This document shows positions 13,601 to 26,791 of a stretch of DNA of 64,000 bases, piece after piece. The number at the start of each line of letters is the position of its first letter. Within the stretch, counting starts at the first letter, position 1. The notes beneath the pieces are model-generated. The model searched no databases. It saw only the letters and a program-made list of their open reading frames with translations, and had not been told where the DNA came from. The DNA comes from Podarcis gaigeae (taxonomy: Eukaryota), in assembly GCA_964106915.2 (NCBI GenBank), contig OZ066917.1. One strand, written 5' to 3'. Position numbers and translations under genes: made by a program.

Positions 13601-13997
13601 TCATAATAAGAGATATGCAATAAAAGTCTGTTAAAACAAGCCATTAATAATTCCTTGCAGGAATGGTGTGATATCCTGTGTCCTAAGAGATGGTAGCACA
13701 ATCGCTTAAGATGTTAATGCTATTTTTTGGTGGTGATAGTGGTGGAGATAAACATCCCTAGACAACTTTGGAGGTAGTGTTTGGAACTCTTGGAAGCTAC
13801 ACAAATTATTGTTCATTTCAGTACCTTATTATGTAAGCAGAAGGTAATAGGCATTTTGATTGTGCTGCCTGAATTTGATTGGATTCAGTAAGTTTGTGTC
13901 CAGTGCTACGTTCTACATGTCAGACAATATAAATCTATATGGATGGCAAATGTAGAACTGTATAATGTGAAATAAACAAATTGCATACACTTCGTAA

Positions 13998-14352
13998 TGG
14001 TAAAGGTACCCCTGCCCGTACGGGCCAGTCGTGTCCAACTCTGGGGTTGCGCGCCCATCTCGCTTAAGAGGCCGGGGGCCTGCGCTGTCCGAAGACACTT
14101 CCGGGTCACGTGGCCAGCATGACAAGCTGCATCTTGCGAGTCAGCGCAGCACACGGAAACACCGTTTACCTTCCCGCTAGTAAGCGGTCCCTATTTATCT
14201 ACTTGCACCCGGGGGTGCTTTCGAACTGCTAGGTTGGCAGGCGCAGGGACCGAACAACGGGAGCTCACCCCACCACGGGGATTCGAACTGCCGACCTGAC
14301 GATCGGCAAGTCCTAGGCGCTGAGTTTTTACCCACAGCGCCACCTGCGTCCC
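13998..14352 (-). mobile_element. Sauria SINE, full length
   Basis: Reverse complement starts gggacgcaggtggcgctgtggg, has a ggttcgaatc-type B box and an ACCTTT tail; probable TSD atacacttc(g/a)ta at 13985 and 14357. Confidence 0.92.
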
Positions 14353-14506
14353 TGTTATACACTTCATAGGAGAGGCTAATTAGTTTGAAAAGCCACTTGA
14401 ATGTTTTGCTTGTTTATTTAAAATATTTATATCTTGCATTTCTTCTTGACATCTGGCCTCCAGGCTGGATGACAATAAAAGAAAGCTAACACACAGTGTA
14501 AGAATA

Positions 14507-14645
14507 GGGGATGGCTACAGCTCAGTGGTAGAGCATCTGCTTTGCACACAGAATTCCTGGTTCTATCCCTGGCCTTTCCAGGTAGGGTTCAGAATACCCC
14601 CTGACTGAAAGACTGAAGAGCTATCTAGATAGAACTAGATAAACC
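14507..14645 (+). mobile_element. tRNA-derived SINE (Squam3-like), degraded
   Basis: A-box-like agctcagtggtagagca, B-box-like ggttctatccc, then a non-tRNA body. Confidence 0.65.
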
Positions 14646-15847
14646 CAACATTTGAAACTCCCATTGTTCTAGGCGCGTTTTGCGACTGGGAATTTCATAA
14701 ATGCGAGCAGTTTCTGAGTTCAGGGTGCAGTATTGCGCCTAAGATTGCTACTGTTACTTGGAAGTAAATCCCAACCAAGTTCAGTGGGGCTTCCTCCCAA
14801 GTAAAATGTGCATGGATTGGGGACTTAAAAACTTTCTTTTCTTTTAAACCCAACATGTTTTGTTTAAGTTTAAGTTGTCTTGTTTAATGTACTTTTAATG
14901 TATGATGTGCTTTTAATTTGAAATACAATAGCCAGTTATCTACCTCACACTCTCACAAATTTTGCAGTGGGATCATTGGAGGACCCTTAAATCTTAGGTT
15001 TGCGAACTGAACACTCAAGGTGGGTGTCTCTGCCATCAGTTGTAGAGGCCTTTAATATGTGTTCATTTTGGTGCCAAAAAGATATATTTATATGAAGGAA
15101 AGGGAGTGTAGGGAGAATCCAGGGCTCGTCTGCAGAGTGGAAGGAAAGGAGGACCTTTTTCTGCCTCCCCACTTCCAGCCTCTTAAGAATATTAGGGAGC
15201 AGGCAGGGGAAGCATGGCTTTGTTTTTTGAAGTCTTCAGATGAGGACTAGACCATGTGAAAAATGAACATAAGATTTTAGCTGCAGTTCATTCATTTTCA
15301 GCTTTGTATTCTTGTTATAAAAAAGTGCGCCTAGACATTCTGTTGTTGAGCTCATAACCTAGGTTTAAGGTGTCATTTAGCTCCTAGTTTTCATATCTCA
15401 GTTTCTAAATTGGATAGACCAATGATTTGACTAGAGTTTGATGTAAAATATCCAATCCCACCGTGCTCAGATATTGTTGCTGCTGCTAATTCCAGTAGGA
15501 GACTTTGTTTCCACTGTGGACGCTATAGAATATTTAAAGAAGAGTAGCTGGAGGAGTTGTGTGTTCAAATTTCACACTTAGAAGTTAGAAATGGAGCTCT
15601 GAGAGTGTATTATCTATGACTGGGTTGCTGCTCAGTATTTTGTTAGTAGATGAAGTAAGTGCTTCAGTCGTTGACATTTTTTTCCAGCAATGACTTAGCA
15701 TTTTCAGTTTGGGATGGAGTTAGCCCTTTGGAATAATGGTTTAAGGTAGAATGCTTCAGAGGTCCTATTATTAGTAGTATAAGGTGGCACATGCACTCCC
15801 CTCCAGCTCCATTTAACATTGTGAGGTAAGTTAGGCTTAGAGATATT

Positions 15848-15937
15848 GTGAGTGGCTCAAGGGTACCCAGTGGGCTTTGTGGCTCTGTGGGGATTTGCAC
15901 CTTGGTTCCCCACTCTAACCACTACACCACACTGGCC
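15848..15937 (-). mobile_element. Short SINE remnant (MIR/Squam2-like)
   Basis: caagggtacccagtgggctttgtggct...gggatttgcacc...ctaaccactacaccacactggc is a reverse tRNA-like head. Confidence 0.5.
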
Positions 15938-16412
15938 TGGGACAAAGATCTCATAGAAGCCTGGTCAGGCACTCTCAATCCTCATAATGTCTGAAGCAGG
16001 TGCTTGCAGCTTCAAATATTGTGGTTCTTCTCCCTCAAAAGCTCAATATTGTAATTTCACAGAACCAGATATTTGACCCTTGCTAACATTTTAACTGGCC
16101 AAATATTTATTTCCTGCATAATTTTGTTGTAGTCAGGAAAATATTTATCACTTGTTGCATGCATGTTGTTTAATTGCATATTACTTAAAGCACTAGGTAC
16201 TTACTAGAAAAGAAAAATCCAACCAGTAAAAGTTAATGAACACTTACTATCAGAATTAATGTTTCCTCAGTTTGGAGCATGTTTTGTAATTGGTAACTAA
16301 GCTACAGTTGAATGGGTCAGTTTTTTTATTGCAATAGCTGATGACTTCTTGCTTATTGTTAACGCATATATGTTAATGCATATATTTGTCGTGTTGGACC
16401 ATCTTCGCAGGA

Positions 16413-16547
16413 CAGGCATAGGAAACTCTGGCCGTCCAGATGTTTGGGACTACAATTCCCATCATCCCTGACCACTGATCCTGTTAGCTAGGGATGATGG
16501 GAATTGTAATCCCAAACATCTGGACGGCCAGAGTTTGCCTATGCCTG
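16413..16547. mobile_element. hAT-type palindromic MITE
   Basis: TIR caggcatagg...cctatgcctg, nearly fully self-complementary; 8-bp TSD tcgcagga/tcatagga (2 mismatches). Confidence 0.85.
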
Positions 16548-17560
16548 TCATAGGATGTAGAATTAACAGTGGTGTTTTATATATTCCCCCTTTCATCTTA
16601 AGTCTTGATTCAGTTTTGATTTCAGTAGTTTTCTATTTATGCATTATGCTGTTGATAGCTTTTCACATGTTTATATCGCTAAAATCTTTATTGAAGTTTA
16701 TGTAAGCAATGGATAGCATCCAGCATTGAACTTGTATGAGTACAACTCTCATTCCGTGAATGGTAGCTCCTTTCCTTCATAGTGTGACATCATCAGCTAT
16801 TGCCTCATAAATATACTTAGTCACACTGGTAGTGAAAACAATGTTAAAAGACTGCTAAATTTCCCCCCTAAATTTTAATGTCATTAACCTGGCATCAGTT
16901 ATGTGTTCTGTAGTTCTGTTACTTCACTTGATATGCAACTCATTGGTCTTGGACACTGCTTCCAATTGTTGCATGGGATTTATATTTTTCAGTCTTATTT
17001 GAATGTTTCATCTTGTCAACTCCATTCACTTTGACAACTTGAATCAGTTCAGAGGTAACAGGAAATCGTTTCCCAGTATAAGAATAAGCTGCAGTGGGCA
17101 TTGGGTTCACATGCACTCCTCTTCTTTTCTTTCATGTCCGCCAGGAAATAGAAAGCATTTGTTCTTGATTTTGAACTAGCCGTACTTCCATGTGACATCT
17201 GAACCAGGATCAAACCATGTTTTCAGCCCCCCAAGTTTGGACATCATGTGGTATTCTTAGTTTTCAAATCGAGATCGGGTTTCCTTGCAGGAATGAAAGA
17301 AGAGGTGGGAGGAGGGAGAGTGAAAGCTGTTGTTTTCCTCTACGTTTGAAATTAAGTATTTTATGTTCTTCAATGCTACAAATGTCTGCAGCGCAGACCT
17401 GACAAAATGGTTCTTGTTTCATCAGCAAAGCTAGGATTGCTTGGGACAATATACAATGTGTTGGCTTAAATATATGCTTCCAGATGCTGTCTTTGATATA
17501 CAATAAAGTTTTATCCATTTAGATAATTTATCATTCACGTGAAATTGTTTTTGGTTCTAG

Positions 17561-17811
17561 GTGAGACTGTGTCAGAACCCCAAACTTCAGTTGAAAAACA
17601 GCCCACCTTATATACTTGACATTTTACCAGATACCTATCAACACTTGCGACTTATATTGAGCAAGTATGACGACAACCAGAAACTTGCACAGCTCAGTGA
17701 AAATGAATATTTTAAAATCTATATTGACAGTCTCATGAAAAAATCAAAACGGGCTATAAGACTTTTTAAAGAGGGGAAAGAGAGGATGTATGAAGAACAA
17801 TCACAGGACAG
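17561..17811 (+). CDS. CBLB: CBLB exon 3 (TKB four-helix bundle; VRLCQNPK...EQSQDR)
   Basis: ttctag acceptor, 251 nt, GTAAGA donor. Confidence 0.97.
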
Positions 17812-18125
17812 GTAAGAAAACTTTGTTTGGCTAATTGGTCATGGCCAATTCTAGCACAACTTTATTTGTATATTTCAGCAGTATTTGGATACTTAACTAT
17901 TTAAGGACATAATGTTTATTTTCTGAAAACAGTGACCTGAAGGTGAACTAGTAACTATTGTATTTTTAAAATTTCTATAGTATTCATAACTTTTAAGTGA
18001 ACTTCTGATGCAACTGTTTTCTTATGAAGTCTTACTTTTTATGTACAGTTCATATTGTATAGGAATATAGCCTCTTTAGAGTGCCAGAGTTGGAGGTTTG
18101 CTTTCATGACGCCTTACACTAACAG

Positions 18126-18351
18126 CAGGGTTACCAATATTTTTGGGCCTATGGGAATGGAATATATGCAAACTGGAGAAACAGCTATGGGTTCAAACAC
18201 ACTCTGCAATCAAGTGCACACTGCACCCTATTCTATTGGTTTCAATAGAATGCATATTCAAGTCTAATTTCAGTGCGGAGAGGGACCTTGAGGATACCAG
18301 GAAGGACTCTTGGGTGCATGTCTCCCTTTGGGAACCATGTTGGTGACCCTG
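18126..18351. mobile_element. Older hAT-like non-autonomous element
   Basis: TIR cagggttaccaa / ttggtgaccctg (11/12 match); no clear TSD. Confidence 0.5.
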
Positions 18352-19581
18352 CTTATTTATTTAGAAATTTGAAAGTGGAATGGAGGTAGTTCCATTCAGT
18401 ATTTATCTAAAATAGTTTTGGAGATGCTTTGTGGCCAATGTGAGTTTGGTGCTGGATTTGTCAGCATTTCCAAAATATTAATGTGACACTTGTTTTCCTG
18501 GTTTCATGAAGTAAGGTGTTGGTGACAATGATCATACTTAATAATAAGCCAATCATTCTGGCTTATCATGGTTTCTTGTGAACAAGCAGCATATTGAGAT
18601 ACATAGCCCCAGCATTCTTTCTCTGTTGTAGAAAACCAGGAAGCCTTAGCTTCCCATTATATCTGAACCAGAAATTATGGTTTGTTGTATAATTGGCAAG
18701 CCAGTAACAACCAAGGCTTAGGGATTGCTATCATGGATAGTTAGTGAAAAAAACATGTTTCCTGGTTTTGAAAGTAACAGGAAGCTAAGGTTTCTTAGCT
18801 TATCCCACTCCAGGGCAGGAGCAATTCTACAGTGTTCATGGTACACCAAAAAAATCTATCACTGTTGCAAACACACACAGTTAAAAGTACTTATTGGACA
18901 TTTTTTTATTTCTGATTTTATTTGTTCATCTTTCATGTCCTTTGTGGCCTGTAGAGATCCCGCCAAAGTTGTGTCATGGAGCTTAACATTTATTTAAAAG
19001 ACTAGGCATTAATACTAGGTATTTTAGTCTTGAATCCTAGTGGCAAGAAAAGCTACTTCATATATTGATTTGAGTGAAATTATTTTCTGAGCAAGTTAAG
19101 TTTTGTATGTGCTTGAGAAAGTAGCAGGAAAGAATATAATAATTAAGAATGTTGCTTTGTGAAGGAATCATGCAAGAGTGAAGGGACATGGATGTTAAGC
19201 ATGGGTGGAAAATTCAAATGGAAATTAATGTCTCAAAGTTTTTTAAACTATGGAAAGGGTGTTCTTCATTTCTGACTTAAAACAAATGCACCCATAAAGA
19301 GTTTATGTGTAATGGAGCATTTGTGAACTTTTGAGTGTGTGTTAAAGAGCATAGTAAAATAGTAGTGCTTATGATACTCTTTCATTCTCAAAGTGTGGTT
19401 CTGTTGTTGACTTTAATAGGCCAAGCTGCAAATATCAAGTTAGTCATGCTACTTTGCATTTGACAGGGACATTCCTCCTCCTCCCCTTTATTTATAAAAT
19501 CCTTACACAGTTTGTAGATCCCATGTAATGTCAGATGCAGGGGAAAACGTCACTTCAAAACACAGGTTTAAGAGTGGGGAA

Positions 19582-19687
19582 GTTTTTCTATAATAACTGT
19601 GGCTAGCACCATTTGGTGTTGCATTTGAATGTATGCATCATTGAGTGATGCCAAGTAAAATTCAAATGGAAATAGATGATGTAAGTT
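19582..19687 (+). repeat. 106-bp segment, probable donor copy of an exact dispersed duplication
   Basis: Identical base-for-base to 21713-21818. Confidence 0.95.
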
Positions 19688-20366
19688 GCTATCCGAAACA
19701 TACTTAATAGGGAATAAATCCCATTGAATCCAGACTTACTTCTCGCTAAACTTGCATTGGATTGTACTTCTTATAAATCCAGCTTTGGGAAACAACAAGA
19801 GGCAGGTAATAAGCATTCTCAGTGAACCTGGACATTTACAGATGTAGAAAAAACAACAACCCTAAGTTCTGCTGCCAGCGCAACCCAACCTAATGAAATC
19901 TAAGGATGCTCAGTGTCTTGCTGGAGTGGGGGTGGAAAATCAAGAAAGAGGACGAACGAAATGGAGTACAGGCAACTAACCATTTGTTTAGGGGTTGCAT
20001 TCCGAGGCACCGTGCGCATCAGTGGGATGCACTTAAGCCCGCCCTATTCTATCCTGCTTCCTTTTCATGGCAAAAACAGTGTGCAAAAGAGTTCATATGC
20101 GTGCCAAACGCATGCAATTGGGAAGTGGCCTGTATCTTGAAAGAGGAAGTGATTGCCCGGCATGAACACTGAAAGGGAACACTGTGTATATTTATTTGCA
20201 AGTCTCACTTCTGCCTCCATATTAGAGAGCAACTACGAAAACCAAGAAGCAGTGGAAACATAAGTGAGTAGTATACTGATCTGGGTCTTCAGTTTCTTTG
20301 AGAGAGGGTAGATGAACACTGTCTTCTTCATGATGAAGGACCTCTTCTTACTCAATGTTAGTGACT

Positions 20367-20635
20367 CAGTTCAGATGTAACAACATACTATGGGTGAGCT
20401 GGCACATGCTCAGGCAAGCTTGCTCCCCCTTATTTGTGTTCAGTAGGAGGAGTTTTGAAGCTTCCTAGCTTATTAATAAAATTGGTTGAATAAATTACTA
20501 TTTGCCACTTGAAAACAGCAAGAAACTACAGTTTGTTACTGTTAGTGAAAGCTTTGATTTTTGTCCCTTGCATACAAAGGGGGAGGGGAAGACACATTTA
20601 CTTGAGGCTTGTGCTAGGATCTTGCATCTGAACTG
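20367..20635. mobile_element. MITE-like element with cagttcagatg/catctgaactg ends (related relics near 18530-18670, 34015-34325, 47200-47350, 49590-49985)
   Basis: 11-bp terminal inverted repeat; the gttcagacat/atgtctgaac motif recurs across the window. Confidence 0.5.
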
Positions 20636-21424
20636 GACCACTGACATACATAACTAGAAGCATGAGGTCCTCCATTTATATTCATGTAACAAACTGTGGT
20701 TGGCTTGTTATGTCTGAACTTGGCCAGTGATTCTCAGTTTACTTCCTGTTGTCACACAAATCATTTCCCTGTTAAAGCGAACAGGGTAATGTTTTTAAAA
20801 AATAGGTATGGCAAATCCTTTGTGAACTTTACAATTCATGGCAAAGGAGAGCTCAAACTGATGAATAAATATCCCCAAGCTGTGTTTAGATGTAACTTAA
20901 TGTTGCTTATTTGAACTGTTTTTCAGAACAGAATGTCTTAATTAGAAATATGAAAGCCTGGTAGAATTTTTTTTTTAAAAGAGGAAGTACTTTGAAGTGG
21001 CACATTGCTGTCTTTTTCAGAAATATATTCTGGCAGTCTATGACAAAAACAAATCAAAACCTCCTTAAGTCCAGGCATACTGCAGTGATGAAGTTATTGC
21101 CTGAGTGTTTTATGTGCATTCTAATGTTAAAATGTACTTCTTAAAATTGCTAATTTAAGCATATTTCGTTGCTGTTAAAGAGTTTGATAAAAGAGAGAAT
21201 AGGAAATGATTCTTATCTGAAAACATGGAGGCCAGCCAATTCAGCTGACAATCCCACAAAATCCCTGGTTGATCTGTGGAATGGGAAGATGACCTGAATT
21301 GGTTGATAGGATCACTCCCAAGTGCCCCTGCTCATTGTATTGCACTCTGTTCCTTGTTTATTTAATGAAATGCTTAGGAAGAGGACTAAAACAGCAATGA
21401 AGGAACACACAGGTGATTATAGAA

Positions 21425-21950
21425 CCTTTTAACCATTGCCTGGATGCCGTGATGGACTGTAGATGGCTAACAGGTGGAAGCTCAATCCAGACAAGAGAGA
21501 GGTATTTATGGCCAGTAGACAAGTTGATCTGGTTTGGGAGTACATGCTGTTCTGGATGGAGTGGCATTCCCTGTAGAGGATCAGGTTTGCAGTTTGGCTG
21601 TGCCTCTGGATGCCCAGGTGAATGCTGTAGCCAGGAGTGCTTTTGTTCTGCTTTGGCTATTGTGCCCACTACAGCTACACCTTTCTCGGAGAAGACAGAT
21701 CTGGTCATAATGGTTTTTCTATAATAACTGTGGCTAGCACCATTTGGTGTTGCATTTGAATGTATGCATCATTGAGTGATGCCAAGTAAAATTCAAATGG
21801 AAATAGATGATGTAAGTTTCATATACACTATGAAAGTGCCTTGGCCATTTCCAGATGTTACTATTGCAGTGTGTTCTGGATGTGCCTTTGAGAAGTGTTA
21901 AAAGACTGTGGCTGATGCAATGCACAGTGGCTCGGATTCTTCCTAGTATA
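21425..21950 (+). mobile_element. Degraded L2-clade LINE ORF2 fragment, interrupted by the 106-bp insertion
   Basis: Frameshifted CLDAVMD..ANRWKLNPDKREV, PFSEKTDL and ALAISRCYYC..PLRSVKRLWLMQ align with the L2 ORF at 37133-38035. Confidence 0.75.
21713..21818 (+). repeat. 106-bp exact copy of 19582-19687
   Basis: Identical sequence 2131 bp downstream, inside the L2 relic. Confidence 0.95.
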
Positions 21951-23010
21951 TGTTTCTCAGATCATGTTGGGGGTGTTGTTGGTTTGCTTTTGTTTTTATT
22001 ATGTATTTTGGTGTCATCATTTTGTCAAAATTTCCTGAGTGTGTGTTAATCCAGGACAGGGGACTTGTGGCCCTCCAGTTTTGGGGATCTAGGCAGCATG
22101 ATCAGTCGTCACATCTGAAGGATCACATTTCTCCATCCTTGTCCCAGAGAAGCTGTTTGCATGCTGCCTTAACATTAGAGTAGACACAGATTTTATTTGA
22201 AATATGAAAAGGAAGCAACATCCTGATGGTATTGATCTTTTACTTTTAATCCTATTAATACTCTGTGAATTATGAACAGTAATGGCTTTCAGAGCTTCAT
22301 AATAAAATCAGTGCTGATCAGAGACATTTAGTGATATAGTTTGTTGTTGACTCAGTTGGTATCCAGATGAGAGGTTGTCGCCTATACAGTAAATGTTTGC
22401 ATTATCCCTCATGTTCATGTAGCCCAAACTATATTTTTCTTTTTTAAGAGCACCACATTGTTTGCAAGCAGTGATCCTTCTGATGCCAAATAGTGTGTAA
22501 TCTGGTTATGTTACAACCTGCCTAATCATTGTTCTATGATAAGAGCAATAAATAATAATGTGCTTGTGGAGTTAAACCCTTTCCCCTCCAAGTTAGCTAT
22601 TAAGATTACCAGTTAACTACTGTTTTTGCAGTACAGAAGCAATGAGCTGGTGCCGTTTATGAATAAAATCACTAGGTCTAGTTCCTTCTCTCAGTGATTA
22701 GAACAGTAAATGCTTTAAGGTCTGCAGTGCAAATAATCACCAACAGTGCCTCCTCTAAAACCCCTTAAGCTAATCAAAATGTATCCAATCTTCAATTAAA
22801 CTTAATAAATGAGTGTTGCTTTTATGTTTCAGAGCTGTTGATAACATTTGGATTGGGAGAACCTTAAAGATAGGCAGCATAAATTAAATACATTAAGTCA
22901 GTCTTACTGTTAAGAACTTAATGATTTTCTTTTTCCTGTCCCTGCTCACCCCACCCCACTTTCTGTACTGTATCTGTATGGAATGTATGCATTCCTTTTA
23001 TGTTTAGCAT

Positions 23011-23156
23011 TGTAGAATTGTAGAGTTAGAAGAGACCCCAAGGGTCATCTAGTCCAACCCTCTGCATTGCAGGAATCTCAACTCAAGCACACATGACAGA
23101 TGGCCATCCAACTTCTGCTTAAAGGAGAGTCCATCACCATTCCACTGTCAAGCAGC
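23011..23156 (-). mobile_element. CR1 LINE 3' end remnant
   Basis: tagaattgtagagttagaagagaccccaagggtcatctagtccaacccT matches the reverse complement of a typical CR1 3' terminus. Confidence 0.75.
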
Positions 23157-23533
23157 TTGTGCTTAGATTTTTCTCCCTAATACTATATGCTGAGATACTA
23201 ATAAGATAAGCATAAGCAAGGCAACCAACCCCCACTCCCATTAGATATAAACCTGCTGTTGCATCTGTATGGGGGATTTTTTAATTTTCTCTTCTGTAGG
23301 GAAACTGAGCAAAATGGTCTATCCTATAGCTTTTTGTTTAGGTTTCTGTTGAACACAAAAGGCTGGAAATGTGCTGTGTGTGGTGTTCCACATGCACACT
23401 GTGAATTATATTCGTCAAGTTGTGAGGAGCTGCAGCTGGAAAGGAAAACTGGCAGTTATCCCATAGGTACACACAAGTGCTTCCATACAAGTCCAATTTA
23501 AAACATTATTGAGGAATTTGCCGTATGTGTGTA

Positions 23534-23775
23534 CAGTGGTACCTCGGGTTAAGTACTTAATTCGTTCCGGAGGTCCGTTCTTAACCTGAAACTGTACTTA
23601 TCCTGAAGCACCACTTTAGCTAATGGGGCCTCCTGCTGCCGCCGTGCCGCCGGAGCACAATTTCTGTTCTTATCCTGAAGCAAAGTTCTTAACCTGAAGC
23701 ACTATTTCTGGCTTAGTGGAGTGTGTAACCTGAAGCATATGTAACCTGAAGCGTATGTAACCTGAGGTACCATTG
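23534..23775. mobile_element. Tc1/mariner (Tigger-like) MITE
   Basis: TA|cagtggtacctcgggtt ... aacctgaggtaccattg|TA; internal taacctgaag repeats; same family as 35383 and 60690 but opposite orientation. Confidence 0.88.
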
Positions 23776-25859
23776 TATAGAATTGGCCTTTCATTGCATG
23801 TAGAGATCTGAACATTTTGTTCCCTTTGATAGCATAGCAGCACAATTACGTGCATGTCTCAGAAGAAACTCTCATTTAGTGCAGTAGGACTTATTCCCAG
23901 GTAAGGCCCTTGAATTCAGTGGGTTCTTTAAAGATAGATATATTTAAAATGACAATAAAATAATAAACTGAAAAACCTTGCCTAGAACAAATTAGTGGAA
24001 TGTATTTGGGTCTTAGCAGTATAGACCTGTGGTGTGAAGATAAGTGTATCAAGCCTATACAGGTTTCTGAAATCTTAAGCTGGAAAAGTGACGCTGTTGG
24101 AAGCAACTCCACTGCAGGTAAATGATAGGCAGGAATGGCTTAGCAAAATGCAAATTCAGCAGTAGCAGCGTTTAGAACAAATGAAGAGTGTGAGCATTCT
24201 GCAGGCCCACAGAATATTTTTTCATAGACATATAATTTGTGGTTGGACATGGGATTCCTACTGCAGTGGAATTTCTAATTACCTGCATACATTTCTTGTA
24301 GCTTTTTCTCTAGTCGTTATTTCTTCCATCTTAAGCATCTGATGTAACTCATTTATACACGCTATTTGTGGGCTTTCGAATCTGAGGAAAGAGTGTTAGG
24401 GAATATAATGCACTGCAGCTTTCAGAAGAAAAATGGTCATACTGACTTAAATTATTGGTAGCATATTGCAGCTTACACATCTTTCACTTGAGTTCTGGTA
24501 TAGTTTGCCCTTTCAACAGTAGACACTGCCTTGTGAGTTTGAAGACTCATATCTGAACCATTTTCATAATAGTCAGGAAATCAAGATGTTGGGAACTGCT
24601 TAGTAAGCTGTGTTGGCTCTGGCACTGTGAATACATGGATACTCTTGGTAAATGGGATATATAGATATTCCTCCCAAACAAACGTAGTGCTTCGGAAATT
24701 TTGTTTTTGACATGTTCGCTTTGGAATAGAAGACGTTTATATGAAGATTAGTGAAATGGAAATAAAGCAAGTGCCTTATTCACAGCTTTTATCATGATTT
24801 GCAAAAAGTGGAATATTTGTTGTGTATGAATATTTAAAGTTGGTAGGCAGTCTCAAGTAGCACATCATTTAACAATCAAGCAAAATACTTTTGCAGCATG
24901 TAGACCTGTGTTTGATTATTTCCTTGTATGAGTAATGCCCACAGTTAAACAAGTTGCAGTCTATTGATAATAGATTTCTTGTCTTATTTCCTGTGATTAT
25001 TTGAGAAGAAGGTGAGTGGCTCAGAGGTAGTGGCTTGTACTGGCCAATTACAATTTGACATGCTAAGAGACCAAATGGCCAGCAATGTTACCGTGCTGAA
25101 TGCTTGCGCCGAGTTTGGATTATCTAGTTGTATGACTCATACCAATACCTTAATGAAAATGTCCATAGCCTCATGGGGAGATCAGGCCTTCTCTCCAGTC
25201 TTACATTGAGTAATATGGCTTATAAGAAATTAGTGTTGTGAGAAGTTGTGTGGGAGATTCTGTATCTGTAAAAAAAGGTTCCATAATGTGAGCAAGATGC
25301 TTGAGCAACAAAGTGGGGATTCAGTCTTGAGAAGGAGAGTGTAGGAGGGTTTTCCTTTCAGCTTTATGAAAAGAAACAAAACTACTATTTTCCACTTTAA
25401 TCAGTGCTACAAGCTCATTACTGAAGAGCAGTATTCAACAAGATGCTTAAGATGAAAGGAAAACTTGCTCTATTATTTCCTTTCACTTTTGAAGTCTTCA
25501 GAATGATATTAAGAAAAGACAGAGCACTTCATATGTGTGAAGATGGGAAACATACAGGTGAAAATAATAAAGAATAGTGGGATTTTGGTCCCTTTCATGA
25601 TATATAGATCAAAATACTGAGTTGTAATAAGAACCCATTATTTCATTAGAAAGTTAAATGTAATCTGTAGTACTTATTTTATACAAACACAGACACAAAA
25701 TTTAGACAGACACTATCTCCGATGGTATTTTGGTACCTCCTTAAAATATATTTATTAAACTAGACTTTTGCAGTTAGATAATTCTGTTTCTGTTCTTTTT
25801 GCTTCTGCCTCATTGCAGCTGCATTTTATTTTATTAGTATTAATTTGTATTTGTATTAA

Positions 25860-26240
25860 TTTTCCACTCAAAGGAGCCCAGGGAAGAAAGCAAACACCAA
25901 AATGATAAAACAATGCAATTTAAAATAAAATAAAAACATATTTGAAAACATATAGAACATATAAAAACATTTAAATACAATTGCATACCCAGTGCATGAT
26001 TCAGGATTGCTGACACATGATCCCATAAGGCTGACCCACTTACCAACCAAGCAGTCATATTCTGCACTAGCTGCAGCCTCCAGACTTTCAGGCCAGCCCC
26101 ACAAAATAGTACATTACAGTAATCTAAGCAGGTCACCAGAGCATGGACAACTGAAGTCCCATCTATTCCAGTCCAGAATAGCTGTAGCTCTCAAACCTGC
26201 CTAAGCTAGAGGATAGTAACTCCGGGCCACAGAAGTTACT
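25860..26240 (-). mobile_element. Degraded L2-clade LINE 3' fragment
   Basis: Minus-strand LDYCNVL...RLQLVQNMTAWLVSG..WDHVSAIL resembles the C-terminus of the L2 ORF at 37133-38035. Confidence 0.75.
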
Positions 26241-26791
26241 TGAGAATCCATTGACAGGTTAGGAGAGGGTGAGAAGAAAAACTGGCCTTTTTGTCCCTCC
26301 TGGGATTCCCCACTCTACCCTATGAATTCCAGATTGGCTTGTGTATTGAACATGAACCCTTTTATTGAAAGCTTTAACACACAGGGATGTTTTGTTGCAG
26401 ATACCTTATTTAAAGTATTTTAAAGGTATTTATTCATGTATGTTGGTGCTCTCCTCCTTCCTGCCCACAGTATATTATTTCAGGTTGTGGTTGTAGTAGG
26501 GTGAAATAAAATGATTTAATTGGTCAGTACAGAGCACAAACAACACCTGACTGAGGGGAGAAGGGAGGATAGATGTGAGTCCCATCCTGACCAGAGCTGG
26601 AGTCTGGGAAGAAGGTATTTAAAGAGAACCTGTTACAGTATATTTGTCAATTCAACCAAGTTAAAGTCTGCTTCAAAAGCTAAGCTGCAAACACCAGGAC
26701 TAAAGGAAAGTGATTGCATACTGAAAGCTGTTGCCCCTAGATGTGTGTTCTCTGTAGGCTAGTGCGGGTTCCTTGATTTGCATCCAGTATA

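Noticed and set aside
14507-14575. tRNA-like sequence
   Set aside because: The cloverleaf is broken and it continues into a SINE body; it is a SINE head, not a tRNA gene.
19582-19687. Duplicated 106-mer as a possible snoRNA or retrocopy
   Set aside because: No properly placed C box (RUGAUGA) and D box (CUGA) pair or H/ACA layout, and no poly(A) or TSD at the second copy.
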